Shown one piece after another: positions 10,226 through 22,344 of a stretch of DNA of 64,000 nucleotides. Under the pieces are notes generated by a model. That model was not told where the DNA came from. It did no database searches and saw only the letters and a program-made list of their open reading frames with translations. Every line of letters starts with the position of its first letter. Position 1 is the first letter of the stretch. The position numbers and the translations under genes were made by a program. The stretch spans positions 31,558,001 to 31,622,000 of the forward strand of contig NC_042999.1 in NCBI RefSeq assembly GCF_006345805.1, in the 5' to 3' direction. Origin of the DNA: Octopus sinensis (taxonomy: Eukaryota).

Positions 10226-11876
10226 TTGGAATACTCATAACTAGATAGATAGATATAACTTGATTTCTACTAGTATAGCACTGCTTTAAGTAGATAACTA
10301 AGAGTTCTCACATTACAGTTATCTTTATCTTTTTCCTTATATCTACATCAGTTTTTTGAGAACAGGGAAATGAATAGTACTTATTCGCTACTTAATTGAG
10401 GCTTTATTTAATTTCAAACTCGCAATTTTTAAATTCTTAATTTTAAATCTTAATTGTAATATTTAATTTTAATTCCTAACTTAATCTAATTTAAATAGCA
10501 TAACTCTAATAAATTATAATTAGTTACTGTAGCCCCATAATTCTATTTCATAATTAAATAAATAAGGCTATTCCCTCGGTGATAATATGATTATCTTCAT
10601 TAGGATAGACAATCCCCTAACACCTTGTAAATGATCTTATAAGATTGACCTGTAGTCGGTCAATGTATGAATAATAACGACAACTCCTTAAGACAATAAA
10701 ATGAATAAATAAATAAGTAATTTTTATTGACTTTTTGAGAAGATTATACTTAGATTTTCCTAATGTATTTTCTGGTGATTTTAGCATCTGACCCCTTAAC
10801 CCCTGACTGTGTTATCTCTTTAGATTCTCTTTAAACTCATAGCTGATTTCAACAGCAATAATTAACGGTTTACTGGTCAAAGAATAATATTCCCCTCCAG
10901 TTCTTAGATGCCTGTTGATTAAAACCAGACTTACAGTCTACTAGCTCTTCTGTATAACTAGAACCCTCTCTTTTTTCTTTTTCTTTTTTTCCCTCTTTCC
11001 CTATTTCTTTCTCTTTTCTCTTTCTTCTTTTTCTTCTCTTATTCTCTGTTTCCTTTTCTCTTCTCTTTTAGTCCCCTTTTCCCCCCCTTTTTGCTCCCTC
11101 CTCCATTATTTTCTCTTTTTCTCTCTTTTCTTCTATTCCCTTCTCTATTCTTGGCCGATCTAATAAGCCCTTCAACCTTTAAGAGTTAAATAGCTACAGC
11201 CTCTGTGAATAGCAGTAATGTGATTAATATGGCAAACACCTATCATATAACAAGGATTGGTACCTACCTCATTGTGTTCAACCATTGTAAAAATTATCGC
11301 CTGTGAATATGAAATTCATCTCCATTTCTCTGGAAATTTACATCTACACCATTGGAATCTGTGCATAATACAAAGGATTAATTCACCCTCTCTGTAATGC
11401 TAATAACAATGGATAAATTTGTCTTCTGTGAGTATATAATCCCTCATCATATCTATGGAAATTCATATGGATTAGGTCACCTTCTCTGTGATGCTATCAA
11501 AACTTTTTTAAAATTCTGTGATAAGACTATACATCATCTTTAAGGAACTTTAATGAACTTTAGAAATCTGTTTAATTATCTACATTACTTCATGAGTATA
11601 GCCTCAAACACTAGGATGTCTAGAGAACTTACATGTATTTTAGCTGATGAGTACGGGACTCGTTTATATGCTGTAATCTTTGCAACTTTTAATAAAACCT
11701 GTCCTTGTATGAAACGATCGTACTAAAAACCTATCCATTCTTGTTGCTTCTTTCTCGCTTATAATCACCCCACATTACTGTATTGTTAAATCAGTATTGT
11801 TTTTTTGGTGCATCTCTAGTTAGGTACCATATGCGAGTAAATTTTTTAAATTAACTTGAATCTTTATTGCTCTTTG
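10226..11876 (+). repeat. PLE pseudo-LTR, copy 2 (3' terminal)
   Basis: Matches 5665-7323 and ends GCTCTTTG directly before (TA)n. Confidence 0.9.
11638..11728 (+). ncRNA. Type I hammerhead ribozyme, second forward copy; predicted cleavage after 11722
   Basis: Same sequence as 7085-7175. Confidence 0.85.
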
Positions 11877-11883
11877 TATATAT

Positions 11884-11915
<32 letters not shown>

Positions 11916-12256
11916 ATATATATATTATATATCTTTTCAAAAATGTAGAAGAGATAAAAAAAAACAAATTACAGACACACGAGAGAGTGCAACACATATG
12001 TTGTATTATTTTGAAGGTATAGGGTAATTCTTTTCTACACGAGGCACAAGGCCCGAAACTTTGTATGAGTGGGGCCAGTTGATTAGAGCGACCACAGTAC
12101 GTAAAAATAGATAGAAGGAAGCAGTCGGATAGAAAGAAATAGATGTTCGGTTTCAAGATTATAGATCATGAAATGACCGGAAGTAGGTGGCTGAAGATAA
12201 GGTACACAAGTGTGATAACTATATCCTGGCTAAAGAGTGCGTGTGCATATATATAT

Positions 12257-12309
<53 letters not shown>

Positions 12310-12312
12310 AAT

Positions 12313-12357
<45 letters not shown>

Positions 12358-12359
12358 TA

Positions 12360-12521
12360 GGCGCAGGAGTGGCTGTGTGGTAAGTAGCTTGCTAACCAAC
12401 CACATGGTTCCGGGTTCAGTCCCACTGCGTGGCATCTGGGCAAGTGTCCTCTGGTATAGCCCCGGGCCGACCATAGCCTTGTGAGTGGATTTGGTAGACG
12501 GAAATGAAGAAGCCTGTCGTA

Positions 12522-12567
<46 letters not shown>

Positions 12568-12786
12568 GTGTGTGTGTGTGTTTGTGTGTCTGTGTTTGTC
12601 CCCCTAGCATTGCTTGACAACCGATGTGGTGTGTTTACGTCCCCGTCACGTAGCGGTTCGGCAAAAAAGAGACCGATAGAATAAGTACTGGGCTTACAAA
12701 GAATAAGTCACGGGGTCGAGTTGCTCGATTAAAGGCGGTGATCCAGCATGGCCGCAGTCAAATGACCGAAACAAGTAAAAGAGAAT
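12360..12786 (+). mobile_element. SINE family A: tRNA-derived head, CORE-like domain, internal (TA)n(TG)n, 3' tail (resembles octopus OR-type CORE-SINEs)
   Basis: A box TGGCTGTGTGG (12370-12380), B box GGTTCAGTCCC (12413-12423) and GGGCAAGTGTC CORE-like segment. Many dispersed copies in the window. Confidence 0.85.
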
Positions 12787-12876
12787 GAGAGAAAGATATA
12801 TATATATATATATATATATATAGAAAGAGAGATATATAGATAGATATATATTATATATATATAGAGAGAGAGAGAG

Positions 12877-12961
<85 letters not shown>

Positions 12962-12977
12962 CATAGATATATTGATT

Positions 12978-13058
<81 letters not shown>

Positions 13059-13059
13059 G

Positions 13060-13530
13060 TCATATAGATCTAATATTTTCCTGTCCGTCCTTAATACCTG
13101 TTCCATTTCCTGTTGATAGCTGCATTAGGTGGTTGTTGTGTCCTAGCATATATACTTCTTTTAGTTTTCGTATGTTCCAGTGTGTTCTTTGTCTATTATT
13201 TTAACTTCACTCCACAGTGGGAGGTGGTCTCCAATATTCCAAACATGATCAGCTATACCCAATTTATCAATATATCCTCGTGTAACATCTTTGCGATATT
13301 CCTCTTTCCTTATTTTGAGGGAGTGGCATATTTTGCTTTGTATAACGTACCACAGCTGCATGGGATAGATTACACGCAGTTTTTGATCATATGACTAAAA
13401 GAAGCAGCATATATGCCAGGACACAACAACTTCCTAAGCAGACCGAGTGCAGATATCAATAGCATATGGGAACCGGTATTAAGGGAGGATAGGAAAATAT
13501 TAGATTTATATGACCTAAAATTCACTCCAT
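13060..13530. mobile_element. Old PLE remnant (Penelope/Poseidon-type GIY-YIG C-terminus) with inverted arms; duplicated at ~18031-18505
   Basis: Minus strand reads NCV.SIPCSCG..Y.....LKIRKEEYRK..GIADHVW..LPLWSEVKIID. Plus strand from ~13393 reads RLKEAAYM..LSRPSADINSIWEPVL. The two arms are diverged inverted copies. Confidence 0.75.
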
Positions 13531-13540
13531 AATTGCCCAC

Positions 13541-13590
13541 GGGCATATGACGTAGTGGTTAAGAGCGCAGGCTACTAACCCCAAGTATCC
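13541..13590 (+). mobile_element. Truncated tRNA-like SINE head (also at ~18517-18566)
   Basis: GGGCATATGACGTAGTGGTTAAGAGCGCAGGCTACTAACCCC resembles a tRNA 5' half and stops before the B box. Confidence 0.5.
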
Positions 13591-14559
13591 TAATAATTCA
13601 CATGATTCCATTTAGAATTTATTCTTATCATCCTATTTATAATGTGTCATGAAAAAAATCATTTGATTTTCTTATGGTCTAATACAGACTCAATTCATGA
13701 CCATATGATTATGATATTCACTTCAACACTACATCCTTCTCAGTTTGATGAACTGCACAGAAACTTGAGTATGTGTCTTCTACCAAGCCTCCAATTAATC
13801 GATAACTTTCAAATAGAATTTGTTAACGAAAAATTGTTCCCACGTCCAGTGTGTACCCAGGATCAGAAAAAATTAGTCACCTAGATTAGCACTACTTGGG
13901 TGCACTATTAGTGCATTTTGGGTTCACTTTGTTGCAAGTATTAGTCAGTGGTAATTATTTACCTCAGTAGATTTTTGCAGATCTTGTCAAATAGTCATGA
14001 GTACTACACTTGCAAGTCTGTAAAGAATAATTTCAAGTAATAGAGTAAGATAGCTGAAATGAGTAGTGGAAAAGACAACAATTACCAAGTTTGTTTCATA
14101 GTAAAAAGGCATCATACAAACTGTGGTATGGTAAGGAAATATTAAAAACAAAGAAGGAGGAAGAGAATAGATATCAGGATTTTATGTAGGTGGTGGTGGT
14201 GATTGGGAAATAGGTAAGAAGAATAGTATTATTATGATGATGAGAAGAAGGATGAACAGGGAGATAAGGAGGAGAAGAAGGAAGAGGAGGAGAAGTATAG
14301 TGAATGACATTGACATACTTAATACACATTGAAATATACTGTAAGTAAAATTTCAGCAAATCTCCTTTAAAACATAATGTAATAAAATCTAGTATAAATT
14401 CAAGCAAAACAAATCAATTTAAAACAGTCTGAGATTTAGTTCGAGTTCTGGACATTGTTTTCAATAAACTACTCAAAAATATATATGCTAGCACTGTGAT
14501 TGTAATTTCAGCTATTGTTTATGCCATTGGAGACATCAATCAGGTATTGTTTTTTCTCA

Positions 14560-14815
14560 ATGAATTGATGGTTATCCTCAGTCATGTGTTGGTTACCTTC
14601 AATCAAGATTTGATTTTCTGTAATCACGTTTGTTACTCTCAACCAAGTGTTTGTTGCCCCAGTTAGGTTTTGGTTGCCCCAGTCAAGTTTTTGTTATCCC
14701 CAATCAGATGCTACTAGTGTTGGTTACCCTTCTATAATCAAATGCTGGTAACCTTCTGTTAGGTGTAGGTTTCCCTCAGCTAAATGTTTACGAACCTCAG
14801 TCAAGTATGGGTTAT
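14560..14815. repeat. Degenerate ~21-22 bp minisatellite
   Basis: Recurring TGTTGGTTACC(C)TCAGTCAAG-like units. Confidence 0.6.
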
Positions 14816-14897
14816 CTTTGAGCATGATTTTGTAACTCTTCAGTTAGTTTTCTCAGATATGGATCATAATCTTAAGGTGTCTTTCTTTCTTTTTTTT

Positions 14898-15234
14898 TTT
14901 ATGTTTTTTCAGTCATTTGACTGCAACATGCTGGAGCACCCGCCTTTAGTTGAACAAATCAACCCCAGGATTTATTCGTTGTAAGCCTAGTACTTATTCT
15001 ATCAGTCTCCCTTGCCAAACCGCTAAATGATGGGGATGTAAACACACCAGCATCGGTTGTCAAGCGATGCTGGGAGAACAAACACAGACACACAAATATA
15101 TACATATATATATACGACGGGCTTCTTTCAGTTTCCATCTACTAAATCCACTCACAAGGTGCCACGCAGTGGGACTCAGCCCGGAACCATGTGGTTGGTA
15201 AGCAAGCTACTTACCACACAGCCACTCCTGCACC
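14898..15234 (-). mobile_element. SINE family A with an internal deletion of most of the CORE-like segment
   Basis: Head and tail match family A. CACAAGG is joined directly to TGCCACGCAG. Confidence 0.85.
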
Positions 15235-16404
15235 TGTCTGTTAATATATTTGGTAAAACTAATTAATACCTAGAAAATATATTTGAATCATTACCAAAAT
15301 AGGAACCGTATTTAGCAAATCCAACAATGTCATGGAAAGTTGTTATTGGTTCACCATAAAAAATCATTTGTCTTCAAATGAGTAAAAAGTGCAACTCACT
15401 AAGATAACGTCTATTCTCCCAAATGAATTCTTAACAGATGTTAGAATCAAATGTCATATATTTTTTTATAATCCATAATTCCTCTCATATTAAAGTCCTT
15501 TGCAATAAGTCATTATAGTTTAACATGAGACCAACATCGATGTAGATGGCCCTAACATTTAACAGAGAGCCCATCATGAGTACACACTCCTATTCCTTGA
15601 CATTATGTATCTAAAATATTATTCAATATTGATTTTCAAGATGTTAGGAAGCAAGCTTTGACAGCTATTTCTAGCAGGAAAAAATGATCACAAAGAAGCT
15701 CCTTCATTTTCCTTTTATAGTAACCTTAGAAGACAAGGCTTTTAGTCAGTGCCTGATAGTCAGTTCAGTAATGTGATATTAACTCTTATGATACTAAACC
15801 ACTTGAAACCAACCCTGGCTCAATGATAAAATGTCATTACTTTAAAATGAACTAAATTAAAACATTCCTTTAAAATTCCATGTAAATTTATATGCCGATC
15901 ACCAGATTAAATTATGACAATTTTATTTTACTAATTATTACATGATTTTCAAAATTAATTGGGAAAATGTGGAGTATTTCAGTATACATATAGCAACAAA
16001 ATTGTTAAACATATACCATTAATGAAGCAACTAGAATGCTCTTAACCAGGCAGCATAACCTCTTAACCTGATGGAAATCATAGACAAATTCCTCTCAAAG
16101 TACATTCTACTATCTTAAGAAAATGCAGGATACATTAGAGAATATAATCCAAGATTATGGTGTAAGAAAATGAGGAAATCGCAGCTGGTGTGCATTTGAT
16201 CACTTAGTCTATTTAATCAAGGCTAATCTGCATTAGACTGTAGCTCTTTCAATAAGTAACAGGAGGAAATAAACTATCATTATAAGTAATTCTATTTAAT
16301 TGGATGATTAATAATGTGCATAATATATACATAAATACATACTTATATACATACATATGTAATAAAACACTGGTTATATGAAGATATAAATTATGAGATA
16401 TTTA

Positions 16405-16520
16405 GGTGTGGTTGTGTGATGAAGAAGTTTGTTCAGTCCCACTGTGTGGCACCATGGGCAAGTGTCTTCTACTGTAGCCTCAAGCCAACTAAAAGCTTGT
16501 GAGTCGAAATTGAAAGAAGT
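16405..16520 (+). mobile_element. SINE family A, 5' fragment
   Basis: GTTCAGTCCCACTGTGTGGCACCATGGGCAAGTGTCTTCTACTGTAGCC. Confidence 0.7.
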
Positions 16521-16557
16521 CCATGCTCTGTGTGTGTGTGCATGTGTGCACTCACGC

Positions 16558-16593
<36 letters not shown>

Positions 16594-16611
16594 CCGTCGG
16601 CATTCGTCCAT

Positions 16612-16807
16612 CTCGAGAGCCGATGGTGTAGCTCAGAAAAGGTGCTGGGTTTATCTGCACATTTAAGAAACACACGAAATCCGTTAGATTCACTTCAACA
16701 ATTTCGTGTATTTCTTAAAAGGCTTATAAACACCTTCCACACTGTAATTGTTTTTGTTCCAGCACACGATCTCTGATCAGGTCACTTGCTATGCAAGTAC
16801 ATCTCCA
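16612..16807. repeat. Unclassified ~195 bp element between (TA)n tracts with an internal 19 bp hairpin
   Basis: 16662-16680 and 16701-16719 are inverted repeats with 18/19 matches. Confidence 0.45.
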
Positions 16808-16965
16808 ATATAGATATAAATATAGATATATATATATATATACACATATATATATATACATATATATTACATATTTTATGTTTAGATTTGTATATAATTA
16901 TTGTTACATAAATATAGTGTGTATGTATGTATATATGTGTGTCCGTAAATATATTATATATATAT

Positions 16966-17002
<37 letters not shown>

Positions 17003-17005
<3 letters not shown>

Positions 17006-17306
17006 TTCAAAAATGTAGAAGAGATAAAAAAACAAATTACAGACACACGAGAGAGTGCAACACATATGTTTGTTTTTTTGAAAGTATGGGGTAATTCTTT
17101 TCTACACGAGGCACAAGGCCCGAAACTTTGTATGAGTGGGGCCAGTTGATTAGAGCGACCACAGTACGTAAAAATAGATAGAAGGAAGCAGTCGGATAGA
17201 AGAAATAGATGTTCGGTTTCAAGATTATAGATCATGAAATGACCGGAAGTAGGTGGCTGAAGATAAGGTACACAAGTGTGATAACTATATCCTGGCTAAA
17301 GAGTGC

Positions 17307-17383
<77 letters not shown>

Positions 17384-17959
17384 AATAAATATATATATAT
17401 ATATATAAATAAATATTATATATATATACATATATATAGGCGCAGGAGTGGCTGTGTGGTAAGTAGCTTGCTAACCAACCACATGGTTCCGGGTTGAGTC
17501 CCACTGCGTGGCATCTTGGGCAAGTGTCTTCTGCTATAGCCCCGGGCCGACCATAGCCTTGTGAGTGGATTTGGTAGACGGAAACTGAAAGAAGCCTGTC
17601 GTATATATGTATATATATATATATATATATATAGTATATATATATATATATATATATGTGTGTGGTGTGTGTGTTTGTGTGTCTGTGTTTGTCCCCCTAG
17701 CATTGCTTGACAACCGATGCTGGTGTGTTTACGTCCCCGTCACGTAGCGGTTCGGCAAAAAAGAGACCGATAGAATAAGTACTGGGCTTACAAAGAATAA
17801 GTCACGGGGTCGAGTTGCTCGATTAAAGGCGGTGCTCCAGCATGGCCGCAGTCAAATGACTGAAACAAGTAAAAGAGAAAGAGAGAAAGATATATATAAT
17901 ATATATATAAGATATATATATATATATATATATATAGAAAGAGAGATATAGATAGATAC

Positions 17960-18031
<72 letters not shown>

Positions 18032-18570
18032 GTCATATAGATCTAATATTTTCCTGTCCGTCCTTAATACATGTTCCCATTTCCTGTTGATAGCTGCATT
18101 AGGTGGTTGTTGTGTCCTAGCATATATACTTCTTTTAGTTTTCGTATGTTCCAGTGGTGTTCTTTGTCTATAATTTTAACTTCACTCCACAGTGGGAGGT
18201 GGTCTCCAATATTCCAAACATGATCAGCTATACCCAATTTATCAATATATCCTCGTGTAACATCTTTGCGATATTCCTCTTTCCTTATTTTGAGGGAGTG
18301 GCATATTTTGCCTTTGTATAACGTACCACAGCTGCATGGGATAGATTACACGCAGTTTTTGATCATATGACTAAAAGAAGCAGCATATATGCCAGGACAC
18401 AACAATTTCCTAAGCAGACCGAGTGCAGATATCAATAGCATATGGGAACCGGTATTAAGGGAGGATAGGAAAATATTAGATTTATATGACCTAAAATTCA
18501 CTCCATAATTGCCCACGGGCATATGACGTAGTGGTTAAGAGCGCAGGCTACTAACCCCAAGTATCCTAAT
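17003..18570 (+). repeat. Local segmental duplication, copy 2
   Basis: Colinear with 11931-13592, from CTTTCAAAAATGTAGAAG to CCCCAAGTATCCTAATAAT. Confidence 0.95.
17439..17880 (+). mobile_element. SINE family A (within the duplicated segment)
   Basis: Same structure as 12360-12786. Confidence 0.85.
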
Positions 18571-18688
18571 AATAATAATAACAATGATAATAATAGTAAG
18601 GTTAATAATAATAATAATATAATAATAATAATAATATAATGTAAAACGTGCATATATACAATATATACATAAACGCACACACACACAC

Positions 18689-18791
<103 letters not shown>

Positions 18792-18801
18792 ATATATATA
18801 T

Positions 18802-19498
18802 ATATTACGTATGACACAAGCCTTGTCATCGTAAACTTCCCAAAGAATGCTAAATGTCTCCCAAGTTTATCGCAAAATTTCAGGTTGGCTCTTGCTCCTG
18901 TCCATGACACATTCGCAGACTATGACATACACGTGATCACAAAAACACAAATTTCACAACTTACAATGTTAACACTCTGCACACAGCTTATGAAGGTAAC
19001 TGCTAGCTCTGAGTGCGCACGTGAACGTGTGCTGCCATCTGTTGGTGCGCTACAGAACTAGTTCGGGAACATTTTGAAACCACCTCGTATATATATGGTT
19101 TCAAAATGTTCCAGAACTAGTTCTGTAGCGCACCGACAGATGGCAGCACACGTTCACGTTCGGAACATTTTGAAATCACCTCGTATATAATATATATATA
19201 TATATATATACGTGGTGGTTTCAAAATGTTCCCGAACTAGTTCTGTAGCGCACCAACAAATGGCAGCACACGTTCACGTGCGCACTCAGAGCTAGCAGTT
19301 ACCTTCATAAGCTTGTGTGCGGAGTGTTAACATTGTAAGTTGTGAAATTTGTGTTTTTGTGATCACGTGTATGTCATAGTCTGCGAATGTGTCATGGACA
19401 GGAGCAAGAGCCAACCTGAAATTTTGCGATAAACTTGGGAGACATTTAGCATGCTTTGGGAAGTTTACGATGACAAGGCTTTGTGTCATACGTAATAT
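18802..19498. mobile_element. Head-to-head palindrome of mariner 5' ends (TIR, 5' UTR, ~45 codons of transposase), unit 1
   Basis: TA-CG(A/T)GGTGGTTTCAAAATG TIR. Translation gives ..[12 protein letters not shown] / [18 protein letters not shown], like mariner N-termini (EQRANIKFCVKLGK..ETF.ML.EAYGD.AL). Arms are 18802-19087 (-) and 19211-19498 (+). Confidence 0.85.
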
Positions 19499-20093
19499 GG
19501 TGTTTTTAGTCCTCTTATTCGCCTACAAGAGACTGTCAATGCTGAAATCCACAAGCATATTCTTATACAGCATGCCCTTCTACATCTGCAATCCCCTTCA
19601 GTTCAACCTCGTATCTTCGTGCTAAACAACGCTCGGCCACTTATATGTAACAATCTCAAACCAACAGAAAAGATTTGGAAGATCATTGGAGATGGGGCGA
19701 ACTCTGGGAAATACTGGAAAACAAATGGGTCAATATTACTCCATCATTTTGCAAAAAAATTAAGTCCTGTGGTAACAAATATCAGGAGTCCTTGATAGTA
19801 AAGGGATGTTCACAAAATATTAATAGTAAGGCTTCCTTTTTTGTTCTCGTTCCATTTATCATTGTTTTTCTCAGTGAAACTTAACATTTGGCCATTGCAG
19901 TTTGGAAGATTATTTATTTATTTTCTCATAGCCTACGAAATCTTAATTCTATTCACTTAAAATTTTCACAAAAGATAAGTACTGGATATATCCATTATAT
20001 GTCAAATATCTAATCTCTACGTTTTGTTAATCATCTGTAATAAATATTTCATACACCTGCTCTTACTGGCCCTTACATAATGGCCGCTACAAC
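19499..20093 (+). mobile_element. Tc1-like transposase C-terminal fragment and 3' end, unit 1 (about 57 bp deleted relative to unit 2)
   Basis: PLIRLQETVNAEIHKHIL.QHAL..IFVLNNA, NLKPTEKIWKIIG and KGMFTKY*, matching the Tc1 QDNAPCH..WP..SPDLNPIENVW..KG..TKY pattern. Ends at (TA)n. Confidence 0.8.
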
Positions 20094-20115
20094 ATATATA
20101 TATAATTATATATAT

Positions 20116-20161
<46 letters not shown>

Positions 20162-20253
20162 CATATATGTACATATATGGATGTATATATATATATATTA
20201 TATATATTATATATATATATATATAGATATATATATATATATATATATATATA

Positions 20254-21047
<794 letters not shown>

Positions 21048-21694
21048 GGTGTTTTTAGTCCTCTTATCGCCTACAAGAGACTGTCAATGCTGAAATCCAC
21101 AAGCATATTCTTATACAGCATGCCCTTCTACATCTGCAATCCCCTTCAGTTCAACCTCGTATCTTCGTGCTAAACAACGCTCTCTGTCACGAGACAGTCA
21201 AAGATTTATTGAGTGACGAAGCGATTGATGCCATGGATCGGCCACTTATATGTAACAATCTCAAACCAACAGAAAAGATTTGGAAGATCATTGGAGATGG
21301 GGCGAACTCTGGGAAATACTGGAAAACAAATGGGTCAATATTACTCCATCATTTTGCAAAAAAATTAAGTCCTGTGGTAACAAATATCAGGAGTCCTTGA
21401 TAGTAAAGGGATGTTCACAAAATATTAATAGTAAGGCTTCCTTTTTTGTTCTCGTTCCATTTATCATTGTTTTTCTCAGTGAAACTTAACATTTGGCCAT
21501 TGCAGTTTGGAAGATTATTTATTTATTTTCTCATAGCCTACGAAATCTTAATTCTATTCACTTAAAATTTTCACAAAAGATAAGTACTGGATATATCCAA
21601 TTATATGTCAAATATCTAATCTCTACGTTTTGTTAATCATCTGTAATAAATATTTCAATACACCTGCTCTACTGGCCCTTACATAATGGCCGCT

Positions 21695-21699
<5 letters not shown>
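21048..21699 (+). mobile_element. Tc1-like transposase C-terminal fragment, unit 2
   Basis: ORF 21167-21400 reads NNALCHETVKDLLSDEAIDAMDRP..NLKPTEKIWKII. TAA at 21426-21428. Confidence 0.8.
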
Positions 21700-21739
<40 letters not shown>

Positions 21740-21771
21740 TATATATATACATACATATATGTACATATATG

Positions 21772-21848
<77 letters not shown>

Positions 21849-21926
21849 TATATATTTACAGATATATACATACATATATATATGTATATATAAACATGCA
21901 TATAAACACACACACACATATATATA

Positions 21927-22000
<74 letters not shown>

Positions 22001-22003
22001 TTC

Positions 22004-22324
22004 GTGAAATAGAAAGATGAATAATCTTGTTGCAGATTAATCAAAAGTTTAACCGATACCTTGGTAGCAAAAATCACAGCAGAAGACAGCACGGTTGGAG
22101 GTACAACCATATGGTGTTGCAACCGTGCGTTCGATTTGTTTTGCTCCGCCTCTGTTCTGTTTTTGTTTTTTCCAACGGATTTCCTATTTCTTCCTGAAGA
22201 GAAAGACACAATATGGTCTCCTTATTCAATCGGAATTTGGTAAATTGTGCCTTTCGAAACACGTGTAGAATGCATTAAAACGATTTCTGTTAAATCTTCG
22301 TTCAACTCCATTTCTTCAATTCAC
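22004..22324 (+). mobile_element. Short PLE-type insertion: inverted 3' segment (22004-22131) plus a hammerhead-bearing segment (22131-22324), in (TA)n
   Basis: Both segments recur at 46962-47311 in a different relative orientation. TA runs lie on both sides. Confidence 0.7.
22187..22272 (+). ncRNA. Type I hammerhead ribozyme, family 2; predicted cleavage after GUA at 22267
   Basis: Stem I TTC/GAA; core CTGAAGA (22194-22200); stem II GAAAGACACAA/TTGTGCCTTTC (10 of 11 pairs); GAAA; palindromic stem III ACACGTGT; H=A. Confidence 0.8.
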
Positions 22325-22344
22325 TATATATATATATATATATA

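Larger units (their letters stand above)
2921..11876 (+). mobile_element. Penelope-like retroelement (C-terminal GIY-YIG, Nematis-like), partial tandem with inverted 5' pseudo-LTR, inserted in (TA)n
   Basis: 3908-7323 is nearly identical to 8465-11876 (unit ~4.55 kb). 2921-3907 is the reverse complement of 6225-7206. RT and GIY-YIG motifs and hammerhead motifs are present. (TA)n lies on both flanks. The clade name is from motif recall and needs phylogeny. Confidence 0.95.
11931..13592 (+). repeat. Local segmental duplication, copy 1 (copy 2 at 17003-18570)
   Basis: Unique flank, SINE, (TAGA)n, PLE remnant and tRNA-like head occur in the same order, with few substitutions. Confidence 0.95.

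Noticed and set aside
10223-10400. Selenocysteine read-through of the PLE terminal TGA, as described for some Naiad PLEs
   Set aside because: The TGA lies at the expected C-terminus just after the last CCHH histidine, the domain order is RT then endonuclease (not Naiad-like), and I see no SECIS-like element.
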